64,000 nucleotides of DNA from Abditibacteriaceae bacterium (GTDB lineage Bacteria; Armatimonadota; Abditibacteriia; Abditibacteriales; Abditibacteriaceae). Where the stretch lies: assembly GCA_965277285.1 (NCBI GenBank), contig OZ255721.1:3104001-3168000 (forward strand), read 5' to 3'. Numbering within the stretch: position 1 is the first letter of the stretch; each line of letters opens with the position of its first letter. The notes beneath the pieces are model-generated. The model ran no database searches. It had not been told where the DNA came from and saw nothing but the letters and a program-made list of their open reading frames with translations. Below are positions 1 to 9,527 of the stretch, one piece after another. The position numbers and the translations under genes were made by a program.

Positions 1-261
1 CCGCGCGCGGCGATTGGCTACACGGCGCGTAACCATTTGATTTTGTTTGCGACTGACGGCAAGCAACCGGATCACAGTATCGGCATGACGCTGAGCCGCC
101 TGAGCGACGAATTACAGAAAGTTGGCTGCGTGGAAGCGATGAATCTCGATGGCGGCGGCAGCGAAACGCTGGTTGTCAACGGCGCCGCGATCAATCATCC
201 GTCCGATGGGCGCGAACGCAACGTGTCTTCGATGCTGGCGATTGTGTCGCAAAATAAGTGA
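1..261 (+). CDS. Phosphodiester glycosidase (NAGPA) family protein, C-terminal part (5'-truncated by window)
   Basis: Frame open from base 1 (PRAAIG...); contains the AMNLDGGGS and HPSDGRERNV motifs typical of the family. Confidence 0.8.
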   Translation, partial: PRAAIGYTARNHLILFATDGKQPDHSIGMTLSRLSDELQKVGCVEAMNLDGGGSETLVVNGAAINHPSDGRERNVSSMLAIVSQNK

Positions 262-378
262 TGAATACGCAATATCGAGTACTCGATAGACCGCATTTTA
301 TGATTTTAGTGTTGTCAAACGAGACTTTTTCTGCCCAATGCGTTATCGTTTCTTCATCTACTTCATAAGGATTACGAA

Positions 379-681
379 ATGAATTTACAGCAAACTATTG
401 ACGAACTGGAACAACAGGCGGCGAAATATACGGAAGCCGCTAATACATTGCGCGCTTTGCTCGGCGAGAATGTCGCATTGCCGACGGAAGAAGTCGCTTC
501 TGTCAACGTGACGCGTCCGGGCCGCAAACCCAAAGTTGACAACGCGACCAAATCGAATGGCGCCAAAGGCAAAACCGGCAAGAAACGCGTCGTTTCCGAC
601 GAAGTGCGCGCCCGACTTTCGGCCAGCATGAAAGCGCGCCACGCTCAACGTCGCGCCGAAAAAGATGCTGCTCAGCAATAA
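379..681 (+). CDS. Small basic protein: N-terminal coiled coil, Lys/Arg-rich C-terminus; possible DNA-binding protein
   Basis: AAGGA RBS upstream; heptad-like N-terminus; KKRVVSDEVRARLSASMKARHAQRR tail; followed by a terminator. Confidence 0.65.
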   Translation: MNLQQTIDELEQQAAKYTEAANTLRALLGENVALPTEEVASVNVTRPGRKPKVDNATKSNGAKGKTGKKRVVSDEVRARLSASMKARHAQRRAEKDAAQQ

Positions 682-688
682 GTCGCGC

Positions 689-736
689 GAATAGAAAGGC
701 GGACAATCGAGTACTCGATTGTCCGCCTTTCTATTC
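689..736. terminator. 48-bp perfect palindrome, probable bidirectional terminator centred on TCGAGTACTCGA
   Basis: gaatagaaaggcggacaatcgagt|actcgattgtccgcctttctattc between convergent genes. Confidence 0.75.
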
Positions 737-754
737 TTTCTGGTCGCGCCGAAG

Positions 755-1666
755 TCAAACCGTCTCCGCATCGAAGTTATGCGGCACGACGACGCGCAGC
801 GCGCCCGGAAGAATTTCTAAGTCCAGCGGTGTCGTTTCGTTGATTTCGCCATCGACACTCGCTTTCAAAGGGCGCCTCAACGATTCGACGCGCAGTTTTT
901 GCGTGGTGAAAAAGCGCGCTTGCGGGTCATAAATGTGGCGCCCGCGGAGCCAGTGCCAGGCGGTTTTGAACAAACTTGCGCGATTGGCGCCGCCCAGCAC
1001 AAAGACATCGAAAGTGTGATCCTGCAAAGAAGCCGTCGGCGCAGCGGTAACTGGGCCGGCGACATAGCGACCATTAACGACCAACAATTGATGCGTGCGC
1101 ACGCTGTAAGTTTTCTCTGCGGCGACAACGCGCAAAACCAAAGGATGATGCGTTGCGAGGATGCGAAGCCCGACAATTGGCCACGACAATAACCCCAGTT
1201 TTCTTTTGATGTTTTCGTCCAGCGCGCCCGCGATCTCCGCCGAAAGCCCCAGCGCCACGCTGTTCAAAAAATACTGATCGTTGACGCGCCCGACATCGAT
1301 ATTTTCGATCCAGCCGCTGGCGATGGTTTTGCAGGCGTCCTCCAACTTCAAAGGAAGACCAATCGAGCGCGCGAACGTGTTGCCGGTTCCCAAAGGCAAA
1401 ACGCCCATCGCAACTTCGGTGTGAACCAGTTGTCCCGCCACATCGGACAAAGTTCCGTCGCCGCCGCCAATGATGACGAATTTGGCGTTTGCCTCGATTT
1501 CGCGCTTCAATAAGCGATTGGTTTCTTCTGGATTTTGAACGGCGTGCGCTTCGATTTCTAAACCGGCGGCGCGCAATCCTTCTTGCGCTGCGTCGAACAT
1601 CGCGCGACCTTTGCGCGAATTGGCGTTGACAAGAAGTGTGATCGGTCGGTCAGCTTGATTGCTCAT
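755..1666 (-). CDS. Diacylglycerol kinase family lipid kinase (YegS/BmrU-like)
   Basis: GGGDGT and LPLGTGNTFAR motifs; start MSNQ chosen because it overlaps the upstream stop (ATGA). Confidence 0.9.
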   Translation of the reverse strand: MSNQADRPITLLVNANSRKGRAMFDAAQEGLRAAGLEIEAHAVQNPEETNRLLKREIEANAKFVIIGGGDGTLSDVAGQLVHTEVAMGVLPLGTGNTFARSIGLPLKLEDACKTIASGWIENIDVGRVNDQYFLNSVALGLSAEIAGALDENIKRKLGLLSWPIVGLRILATHHPLVLRVVAAEKTYSVRTHQLLVVNGRYVAGPVTAAPTASLQDHTFDVFVLGGANRASLFKTAWHWLRGRHIYDPQARFFTTQKLRVESLRRPLKASVDGEINETTPLDLEILPGALRVVVPHNFDAETV

Positions 1667-2133
1667 AATCGAGTACTCGAGATGCTCCCTTCGACAATCG
1701 TTTTCAAAGCGCCATTGCGCTGCGCGATGAAACGTTTCATATAGCGAATCAAAAAGCCACGATCCGCAATTATGCCCAACCATCCCAGCGGCGAAGTCCA
1801 GCTCAAAACATCGGTCATGCGCGTGCCGTTTGGCGCTTCTTCAAATTGATGAACGTGCCGCAAACTCGCAAAAGCGCCGCTCAACATGTCATCGGCGAAA
1901 CGATGCGGCGGCTGCATTTCGACAATGCGAGAACTCAAACGCTGGCGCACAAACAAATGCGTCGCCTGGAAGGTCACTTCATCGTTCAACTCAAACAAAC
2001 CCGAACTTCGTCCGCCGACAATTTTTTCGCGCGTGTGCGATGTTGTTCGCGTGTGAAGTTTGGCATCGCGCGCCGCATCGAAAACGGCTTCCAGAGGCGC
2101 ACGGATGAACGTTTCGACGACGATTTGCGGCAT
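1663..2133 (-). CDS. SRPBCC (polyketide cyclase/dehydrase-like) family protein
   Basis: IRAPLEAVFD N-terminus, F.D.M..GAF..LRHVHQF and GTRMTD pattern. Confidence 0.8.
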   Translation of the reverse strand: MPQIVVETFIRAPLEAVFDAARDAKLHTRTTSHTREKIVGGRSSGLFELNDEVTFQATHLFVRQRLSSRIVEMQPPHRFADDMLSGAFASLRHVHQFEEAPNGTRMTDVLSWTSPLGWLGIIADRGFLIRYMKRFIAQRNGALKTIVEGSISSTRL

Positions 2134-2154
2134 TCGAGTACTCGATGTGTAATT

Positions 2155-2242
2155 GTAGGGACGCCAGCTTGCTGCGTCCGCTTTGTGATTGGGTTCAGGG
2201 TAACTCGGACGCAGAGCGGACGCAGCAAGCTGGCGTCCCTAC
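2155..2242. repeat. REPIN-like element, family A (GTAG-type inverted REP pair)
   Basis: gtagggacgccagcttgctgcgtccgc ... gcggacgcagcaagctggcgtccctac; second copy at 14342-14406. Confidence 0.8.
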
Positions 2243-2244
2243 GT

Positions 2245-3606
2245 TTAGCGCTCCAATTTATCCAGCACATACTGCTTGACTTGATCCAAATGGACGCGCT
2301 CTTGCAACATCGTGTCGCGGTCGCGGACAGTGACACTCTGGTCTTTTTCGACTGTATCGACATCGACCGTGATGCAATATGGCGTGCCAATTTCGTCCTG
2401 GCGACGATACAATTTGCCGATGCTCGCCGTGTCATCGTAAGTCGCCACGGTTTTCTTTTTGAGGTCGTGCGTCAGGTTGCGACAGACTTCCACGATGTCG
2501 TCGCGCTTTTTCAACAAAGGCAAAACCGCGACTTTGATCGGCGCCAGATCGGGATGAAACTTCAAGACCGTGCGCATATCGCCGGGCTTCACTTCTTCTT
2601 CGTGGTAGGCGTCCACCAAAAAAGCCAGCGTTCCTCGGTCGGCACCAGCCGAAGGCTCAATCACGTAAGGCACGATGTGTTCGTTGGTTTGCGGATCGAA
2701 ATAGCTCAGCTTCTGGCCGGAAAACTTCGAGTGCTGCGTCAAGTCGAAATCGGCGCGGTTGGCGATGCCTTCGAGTTCGGCGGGTTTTTCCATAAACGGA
2801 AACTGATACTCGATGTCGGTCGTGCCGGTGCTTTCGGCGCTTTGTGCATAATGCGCCAGTTCGTCTTTTTCGTGCGGGCGCAAACTGAGGTTTTCGGCTT
2901 TCATTCCCAGGTCAAGATACCATTGATAGCGCGCTTGGATCCATTCTTGGTGAATGCGCGGCGCGTCTTCGGGGCGGCAAAAGTACTCGATTTCCATTTG
3001 CTCAAATTCGCGCGTGCGGAAAGTAAAGTTGCCCGGCGTGATTTCGTTGCGAAACGCTTTGCCGATTTGCGCGATGCCAAACGGCAACTTTTTGCGTGAT
3101 GTATTCAGCACGTTGTTGAAGTTGACGAAAATGCCCTGCGCGGTTTCGGGTCGCAGATACGCCATGTTCGAGCCGTCTTCGGCCTCAACTGGCCCGACGT
3201 GCGTCTTGAACATCAGATTGAACAAGCGCGCTTCGGTCAATTGACATTGTTCGGCTTGTCCGGCCATTTTTGACGGTTTTTGCGGACAGGAAATCGTATC
3301 GAGATGATCGGCGCGAAAGCGGCCTTTGCAGGTTTTGCAATCGACTAATGGGTCGTTGAAAGTGGCGACGTGACCACTGGCTTCCCAGATTTTCGGGTGC
3401 ATCAAAATCGAGGAATCGAGGCCAACCATATCGTCGCGTTCCTGCACGACGGCGCGCCACCACGCGTTTTTGACGTTGCGCTTGAGTTCGGCGCCCAGAG
3501 GTCCATAATCCCAACAACTGGCGAAACCGCCATAAATCTCCGACGATTGAAACACAAAACCGCGCCGCTTACACAGCGAAACGACATCTTCCATCTTCAA
3601 GGCCAC
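2245..3606 (-). CDS. glyQS: Glycine--tRNA ligase (homodimeric type)
   Basis: CKRRGFVF, YLRPETAQG, FRNEITPGNFTFRTREFEQMEIE, IGKLYRRQDEIGTP motifs. Confidence 0.97.
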   Translation of the reverse strand: MALKMEDVVSLCKRRGFVFQSSEIYGGFASCWDYGPLGAELKRNVKNAWWRAVVQERDDMVGLDSSILMHPKIWEASGHVATFNDPLVDCKTCKGRFRADHLDTISCPQKPSKMAGQAEQCQLTEARLFNLMFKTHVGPVEAEDGSNMAYLRPETAQGIFVNFNNVLNTSRKKLPFGIAQIGKAFRNEITPGNFTFRTREFEQMEIEYFCRPEDAPRIHQEWIQARYQWYLDLGMKAENLSLRPHEKDELAHYAQSAESTGTTDIEYQFPFMEKPAELEGIANRADFDLTQHSKFSGQKLSYFDPQTNEHIVPYVIEPSAGADRGTLAFLVDAYHEEEVKPGDMRTVLKFHPDLAPIKVAVLPLLKKRDDIVEVCRNLTHDLKKKTVATYDDTASIGKLYRRQDEIGTPYCITVDVDTVEKDQSVTVRDRDTMLQERVHLDQVKQYVLDKLER

Positions 3607-3771
3607 GTTGCGTTCTCCAATTCAAGAAAAAGTTGCTGCCAGTTTAACCAAACCCGCAATCGAGTACTCGAATCGATTTCGGTACAAAAACGACAGTAAC
3701 CTGAACTTGACGGTTTATGACTTGCAAGATATTTGACCAAAGAACCCAATCGGTTCAGGAGAAAAGTTTTC

Positions 3772-4416
3772 ATGCAAGAGATTTCACACGATGTAAATGG
3801 CGAAGATAACGTTGAAGAAGGCGCGCCAGATGTTCAAAGTCGGCGCGCTTTTCTGGGTCGCGTGGCGGTTGCAGGCGTTGGGCTGGCGACAATGGGTTTG
3901 ATGTCGTCCGTCGAAGCGGCGACGATGCCCAAGCAGCCCGAAGCGGACACGGGACACAATTATCCGATGGCCAAGCCAAACGCCCAGACCGAAGTGCAAT
4001 TCCGCATGGGCGTCATCGGCCCGGCCACGCTTTCGCTTTTGACCAGCCAGATCGCGGTCGATAAAGCGACCAGCCCGGAAGCCCGAGAATTTGCCAACTT
4101 CGAGTTGCGCGAAGCAATCGGCGTGACGACAGTTCTTAAAGAAATGAAAACGCCCGTTCCGCCGATGGATGCGACAGCGCGTACCATTCTCGCCAAAATT
4201 AAGTCGACGCCCCGAGGCCCAGCTTTCGATGAGGTGTATATGAAGGCGCAACTGGCCAATCACGAGTTTTTGCGCGACTTGGCGAACTCTTATCTGGCGA
4301 ACTCGATAGGACACACCAGCATGGCGGAAATGCACGGGCGTCATCTGGCGACTTTGACGCTGGGCACCTTCAAAGAACACGTCGTGCATTGTAAAAACTT
4401 TTTGCGCATGGCGTAA
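3772..4416 (+). CDS. Tat-exported DUF4142-like (ferritin-like fold) protein
   Basis: SRRAFL twin-arginine signal; AREFANFE and FDEVYMKAQL..H pattern. Confidence 0.65.
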   Translation: MQEISHDVNGEDNVEEGAPDVQSRRAFLGRVAVAGVGLATMGLMSSVEAATMPKQPEADTGHNYPMAKPNAQTEVQFRMGVIGPATLSLLTSQIAVDKATSPEAREFANFELREAIGVTTVLKEMKTPVPPMDATARTILAKIKSTPRGPAFDEVYMKAQLANHEFLRDLANSYLANSIGHTSMAEMHGRHLATLTLGTFKEHVVHCKNFLRMA

Positions 4417-4462
4417 CGCGACGTTCGTCACGATAGCAAAGAAGTTGCACCGACACACAACA

Positions 4463-4509
4463 AAAAGCCCGACTGCAAACTTCGCGGTCGGGCTTTTCGA
4501 GTACTCGAT
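4463..4509. terminator. Terminator hairpin plus palindrome, copy 1 of a 47-bp direct repeat
   Basis: aaaagcccgac-loop-gtcgggctttt followed by cgagtactcgat; 44/47 identical to 5498-5544. Confidence 0.8.
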
Positions 4510-4546
4510 CCGTTATAATCAAGCCACTTTTCGCATCGGAGAGACC

Positions 4547-5482
4547 ATGAAAACAATTCAACTCGCCGTTTTCGCACTGTGTGCTGCAAACTTTCTCGCG
4601 CCTAACGTTTGCGCTGAACCTGCCGCGCCTCCTGCGACGCAACCACCATTCTTGGTCGACTCGTCGCAAACGATGTCTATTCAACTGCGCAACATAAAGC
4701 CAAGCCTAATGGGATACTGGCTTGATCCTCAACATACGGCAATCGCGCCGAATCAAGAAGTTCCGTTGCAGGTCTCGCCACAATTTGCCGTTTTGCCCGA
4801 CGGCATCGATACGCTTACGGCTAAAGACGACACAAATGAACTCGTTGCGCGCGGCACCAAGGAAGGCATTGAACAATTGCGCAAAACCATCGCGCTGTTG
4901 GACAAACCAATTCCGCAGATTGAAATCGAAATACAATCGGTAGAGGTTCCTAAATCGCTGGTGTCCACGGACGGGTTTGCGAAAAAACCGTCATCCAATC
5001 CCGACATCGAAGCGTTTGACGGCCAAGGAATCGTCCAGCTCACTGCGGCTGGCAAAGCGAAAATTGTCCAAGCGCCGAGAGTCACGACTTTCAACAAAGC
5101 GCACACCATGATGGTGTCAGTGACGAGCCACACAATGTTTGCAGGGCCGGTGGATGCCGAAGGGAAATCGAAGCGTTCCATCACGATTGGAATCGGGCAA
5201 AAGTTCTCTGCTACGCCCACTCTCAATCGTGATGGAACAATTGCGCTCGACCTCGATTGTGTCGATGGCTTTTTTCAAAGCGACAGCTCAAGAGCGAAAA
5301 ATATCACGCCTTTGTCCAGCCCATCCAACCGGACGATTCAAACCAGCGTAAATCTGAATAGCGACGACACTATCGCGTTATTCAACGAGAAAGAGCAAGA
5401 CAATTCTGACAACGCGTGGGTTTTGTTGGTAAAAGCCAGCCGTTTTTCGCTTCCTCAAGACGGAACATCCAGCAACCATTAA
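4547..5482 (+). CDS. Secretin-like (type II/III secretion secretin domain) protein
   Basis: Signal peptide; N-domain ending LDKPIPQIEIE; KAKIVQAPRVTT and TPTLNRDGTI secretin-type motifs; TATAAT at 4514 and GGAG RBS. Confidence 0.7.
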   Translation: MKTIQLAVFALCAANFLAPNVCAEPAAPPATQPPFLVDSSQTMSIQLRNIKPSLMGYWLDPQHTAIAPNQEVPLQVSPQFAVLPDGIDTLTAKDDTNELVARGTKEGIEQLRKTIALLDKPIPQIEIEIQSVEVPKSLVSTDGFAKKPSSNPDIEAFDGQGIVQLTAAGKAKIVQAPRVTTFNKAHTMMVSVTSHTMFAGPVDAEGKSKRSITIGIGQKFSATPTLNRDGTIALDLDCVDGFFQSDSSRAKNITPLSSPSNRTIQTSVNLNSDDTIALFNEKEQDNSDNAWVLLVKASRFSLPQDGTSSNH

Positions 5483-5497
5483 ATTGAACCGATAACG

Positions 5498-5544
5498 AAA
5501 AGCCCGACTGCAAACTGTGCAGTCGGGCTTTTCGAGTACTCGAT
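5498..5544. terminator. Terminator hairpin plus palindrome, copy 2 of the 47-bp direct repeat
   Basis: Hairpin with A/T tails between convergent genes; near-identical to 4463-4509. Confidence 0.8.
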
Positions 5545-5546
5545 TC

Positions 5547-6470
5547 TTAGCGATTCATTGTAGAACTCGATGAAGATGACATTGTCGAGGACGACGATGA
5601 GGACGACATCGAACCTGATTGCATCGAACCATCAGACGACATCATCGAAGAATCGGTGGACATCGGAGACGAGGGCAAGCCCGTTGTCACGATGTATGGT
5701 GACGCGCGCATGACGACTTGCATCGCGGTGAACGGTACTTCTTTGGCCGCAGGTGCGAAAGTGCGTCCGCTGAGCCAGCGAATCAAGCCGGTGTGACGCG
5801 CTTCAATGCCGTAAATCGAAGCGGCAAACTGCAGGTTGGCAGGCAATGCCACTTTGGGAGCCGCGCCCGAATAAGCGCCGACGCCGGTTTCTTCGAGCGC
5901 TGTCGAAAGCGTCAAAAAGCCGGTTTGCGAAATGAACACGTTCTCGGGAAACTGGAAGCTGGGCTTTTCAATCGGCGTGCCGCCCAGACTGCGAATCTGC
6001 GAAGTCACAGCGACGACGTGCGCCGCTTCATCGCTCGCCAGTTTTCCTGCCGCAAACTTCACGCGATCATCGTGCAGATAAGGACGCGCTGTATCGGCTG
6101 CCACGACGCGCGCGTAGAAATCGGCTTCGAGATGTTCCAAAACCAGCGCAAAGTTGAAAATTTCAACATCGTTCGACAAGTTCGCCAGCGTGCCGAACGG
6201 GTTTTCAACCGTCGCGCCCGGAATCGGCATCGTCGCTGTGCTCATCATGGCGTCGCTCATCGGCGCCGTAGCTGGCGTCGTGTCAGTATGCCTGTGGTGC
6301 CTGCGGGCTTCTGCGGGCAAGGCCAATCCCAGAACGCTTGTCGCCAGCACTGCGCCGCCGGTCAAGGCGCCAGCGCGCGTGATGAGATCGCGGCGCGACA
6401 AACCTTTTTCGCTTGCGGCAATAGCGGTCGGTACGGCGTTTGGTGAAGTGTTATCCATTTGAGTACTCAT
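5547..6470 (-). CDS. Tat-exported ferritin-like domain protein
   Basis: SRRDLI signal; NFALVLEHLEADFY, DEAAH, LEETGVGAY, IEARH di-iron motifs; Ser/Met-rich tail. Confidence 0.85.
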   Translation of the reverse strand: MSTQMDNTSPNAVPTAIAASEKGLSRRDLITRAGALTGGAVLATSVLGLALPAEARRHHRHTDTTPATAPMSDAMMSTATMPIPGATVENPFGTLANLSNDVEIFNFALVLEHLEADFYARVVAADTARPYLHDDRVKFAAGKLASDEAAHVVAVTSQIRSLGGTPIEKPSFQFPENVFISQTGFLTLSTALEETGVGAYSGAAPKVALPANLQFAASIYGIEARHTGLIRWLSGRTFAPAAKEVPFTAMQVVMRASPYIVTTGLPSSPMSTDSSMMSSDGSMQSGSMSSSSSSSTMSSSSSSTMNR

Positions 6471-7225
6471 TATCGCGGGCCTCCTTTCAAGCCGTATCCG
6501 CCGCCATTGAAGCCGTATTTCGCCAACTTGTGGCCGACTTCATCGGGATACATGCGCGTTTCAAAGGGCGAGGGAACTGGATCCATACCATTGATTTCGC
6601 GCAAAACCGCCGCATGACGACCTTCGACTCCGGCGATTGCGGCGGCCAGCATCAAGGTGTCTTTGGCGACAATATCGACCGCGCCGTGATAAGCGTAGAG
6701 GACGGTTTGCTTGATGTCGAGCGCCGTATCGAACAAGTGCGCACGCGAGTTAAAGGCATCGCCGAAAGAAAACAATCCCGGGCGGCGCGAGGACGAAGCG
6801 TTCGGCGTTTCCAGGTTGCCTGCGCTTTTATAAGCGTGGCTTTGGCGGAACTTGCCGATCTCTTCAAAATGCTGCTTGTCTTCATACGCAATCGTGGTGA
6901 AAACATCTTGTTCGCGGTCGGTGAGAAGACTGTAGGCGCGCGAATCGAGCGAGCGGCGGAAGAATTCGCTTTCCAATTCTTCCATTTCGTAAGCGAAGTT
7001 GACGACCAACGGGTCGAGGTACAGAAAACCTTTGAGGCCGCGCAATGTGTCAGCTTGCGCGGGCGCGGCGCCCAACGAAGAACCCAGCAACAATCCGGCG
7101 GCGCTAACTGCCGCGCCCATCGCCAAAAGCTGGCGGCGCTGCGGCGAAGCGACATCAAGCGAGGCCGCATCAAGCGAGGCCACATCGGAAGGTGTCGCGT
7201 CCGGTGAAACATCTGTTCGGGACAT
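6470..7225 (-). CDS. Tat-exported ferritin-like domain protein
   Basis: RRQLL signal; NFAYEMEELESEFF and AGVEGRHAA motifs; AAGGAG RBS. Confidence 0.8.
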   Translation of the reverse strand: MSRTDVSPDATPSDVASLDAASLDVASPQRRQLLAMGAAVSAAGLLLGSSLGAAPAQADTLRGLKGFLYLDPLVVNFAYEMEELESEFFRRSLDSRAYSLLTDREQDVFTTIAYEDKQHFEEIGKFRQSHAYKSAGNLETPNASSSRRPGLFSFGDAFNSRAHLFDTALDIKQTVLYAYHGAVDIVAKDTLMLAAAIAGVEGRHAAVLREINGMDPVPSPFETRMYPDEVGHKLAKYGFNGGGYGLKGGPR

Positions 7226-7499
7226 GAATCTCTCCTTGCGAAAATAGAACGGCAAACGGCAAAAGCCAACAATCGAGCTATTGTCTCGCCCCTATCTTAA
7301 CACGTCAAACTCCGTTTTTCATGCCATTTTTGACAGAACATGACAAATAGAGGATATTGGTCATTTATTGGACAGAAAATGACCAATAGAGCAAGCTGAT
7401 GCGACCAGAATTGGAACTTGCCAGCTCCTGCTCTTGTTTATCAAAACGATGGTGCCAAGCATCAATGTTAAACTTCCAACGTTTACCAAACCCTCGATT

Positions 7500-9497
7500 A
7501 TGAAACCACGTTTTGTCGCTTTCACTTTTCTATTCGTTTCGCTAATGATGAACGTCGCCGCACGCGCGCAAGGCGGTTTTCTTTCGCCGGGACAAAGCAC
7601 TCCGCAAGTGAAATGGAGCGCGACTTTGCGCCCAACTGATGCGCGTCGTGGCGAAGGCGCGCAAATCGTTGTCACAGCGCAAATCCCCAAAGGCTGGCAT
7701 CTTTATTCGACGACGCAACCTGCGGGCGGCCCAATTCGGACGACGCTCAAAATCGCGCCGAACTCCGTCATCCTTTCGGTTGGCGCGCCGCTTCAGCCCA
7801 GACCGAAAGTCAAGTTCGACAAAGGTTTCAATCTCAACGTGGAAACTTTTGAAGGCAATGTCACCTTTGGTTTGCCGATAAAAATCCAGCCGAACGCGTC
7901 CACCAAATCGAAAATTGCAATTCAAGTACGTTCGATGATTTGCAGCGACACGACATGCCTTCCGCCGCAAAGCGAAACGTTGTCGCTGCGGATTCAACCG
8001 GCGAGCGGAAAAGCGCGCGCGGGTCGCTTGAAACCTGTCACGCAAATATCGCCGCAACAATCGGGAACATCGGGCGGACAATCGCCAAAAGCGACATCGA
8101 GTACTCGATTGTCGCCGTCGGCTTCCACAACGTCGCAAAATAACGATGGCATTGCTGCGCAGGTTCAACGCGCGCAATCGAATGGCATCGGCGCTTTTCT
8201 GTTGTTGGCCTGCACGATGGGTTTCGCCGCGCTTTTGACGCCGTGCGTTTTTCCGATGATTCCGCTGACGGTCAGCGTTTTTTCCAAGGCGGAAAACGCC
8301 ACGACGAAACGCGATTTTCGCGCGCCAATTGCGTATTGCCTGGGAATTATCGGCACGTTTACCTTGATTGGTCTGGTCGTTTCCGCCTTTTTCGGTGCCA
8401 GTGGCATCACGCGTTTGGCCGCTAATCCGTGGTTGAATGTGGCGATGGCGGTTTTGTTTGTCGTGCTCGCGCTGAACCTTTTCGGCGTCTTTGAAATTAT
8501 GGTGCCATCGTCGGTTTTGAATCGCGTGCAGCCGCAAAACGCTTCCGCCAGTTCGAGTTTAGTCGCGCCGTTGTTGATGGGTTTGGCGTTTACGCTGACT
8601 TCGTTTACCTGCACGGTGCCGTTTGTTGGGACGCTTCTGGTGGCGACTTCCAAAGGCGGCGCGTGGTGGCCTTTGCTGGGAATGCTGGCGTTTAGTTCGG
8701 CGTTTGCATTTCCGTTTTTCCTGCTTGCGTTGTTTCCGCAATGGTTGTCGCGCTTGCCCAAAGCCGGAAGTTGGATGGTTTCGCTGAAGGCGACGATGGG
8801 TTTTCTTGAATTGGCGGCAGCTTTGAAGTTTTTGTCGCAAGCCGACTACGTGTGGAATCTGGGCGTTTTGACGCATCCGATTTTTTTGTCGATCTGGTCA
8901 ACTCTGGCGATTGTGGCGGGCTTGTATTTGTTGCGTTGGCTGCGACTTCCGCACGAATCGAGTACTGGAAAAGCGGGTTTGATGCGTCGTGCGCTGGGAA
9001 TCGCCTTTGGCGCGGCTGGCGTTTATTTGCTGTCGGGAATCGGTGGCCGTTCGCTGGGCGTTGTGGATGCGTATCCGCCGCCGGTCGATTATGGTTCGCG
9101 CACGATTTCCGCTTCGGCGTTGACGTGGCACAACGATTACGCGCAAGCAGTGGATGTCGCACAACGCGAAGGTCGTCCGATTTTGATCAATTTCACAGGT
9201 TACGCTTGCACCAATTGCCGCGTCATGGAATCGAACGTTTTGCCGCAGCCGGACGTGCGCCGTGAAATTGCCAACTTCGTTCCGGTCGAACTTTACACCG
9301 ATGGCGAAGACGCGGCTTCCAAGCGCAACAGCATTTTGCAACAACAAAAGTTCGGCACCATCGCCTTACCTTTATACGTCGCCGTTTCGCCCGATGGCCG
9401 CGAATTAGCGCGCCTGGAAGGATTAAACCGCGACCCGCAAGCCTTTGTCAGTTTCCTGCAACGTGCGCAATCGAGTACTCGATTGGCCGCGCGGTGA
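7500..9497 (+). CDS. dsbD: DsbD family protein-disulfide reductase
   Basis: N-terminal DsbD-N domain (GWHLYS, CSDTTCLPP); TM domain with LTPCVFPMIP and SFTCTVP; thioredoxin CTNC. Confidence 0.9.
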   Translation: MKPRFVAFTFLFVSLMMNVAARAQGGFLSPGQSTPQVKWSATLRPTDARRGEGAQIVVTAQIPKGWHLYSTTQPAGGPIRTTLKIAPNSVILSVGAPLQPRPKVKFDKGFNLNVETFEGNVTFGLPIKIQPNASTKSKIAIQVRSMICSDTTCLPPQSETLSLRIQPASGKARAGRLKPVTQISPQQSGTSGGQSPKATSSTRLSPSASTTSQNNDGIAAQVQRAQSNGIGAFLLLACTMGFAALLTPCVFPMIPLTVSVFSKAENATTKRDFRAPIAYCLGIIGTFTLIGLVVSAFFGASGITRLAANPWLNVAMAVLFVVLALNLFGVFEIMVPSSVLNRVQPQNASASSSLVAPLLMGLAFTLTSFTCTVPFVGTLLVATSKGGAWWPLLGMLAFSSAFAFPFFLLALFPQWLSRLPKAGSWMVSLKATMGFLELAAALKFLSQADYVWNLGVLTHPIFLSIWSTLAIVAGLYLLRWLRLPHESSTGKAGLMRRALGIAFGAAGVYLLSGIGGRSLGVVDAYPPPVDYGSRTISASALTWHNDYAQAVDVAQREGRPILINFTGYACTNCRVMESNVLPQPDVRREIANFVPVELYTDGEDAASKRNSILQQQKFGTIALPLYVAVSPDGRELARLEGLNRDPQAFVSFLQRAQSSTRLAAR

Positions 9498-9527
9498 GAA
9501 TGCAAACCAGCTTTTCAAAGGTGCAGC

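Noticed and set aside
1846..3099. 417-aa + strand ORF
   Set aside because: Antisense shadow of glyQS with no recognisable motifs.
4547..5482. A type II/III secretion or pilus locus
   Set aside because: Only an isolated short secretin-like gene is present, with no ATPase, pilin or platform genes.
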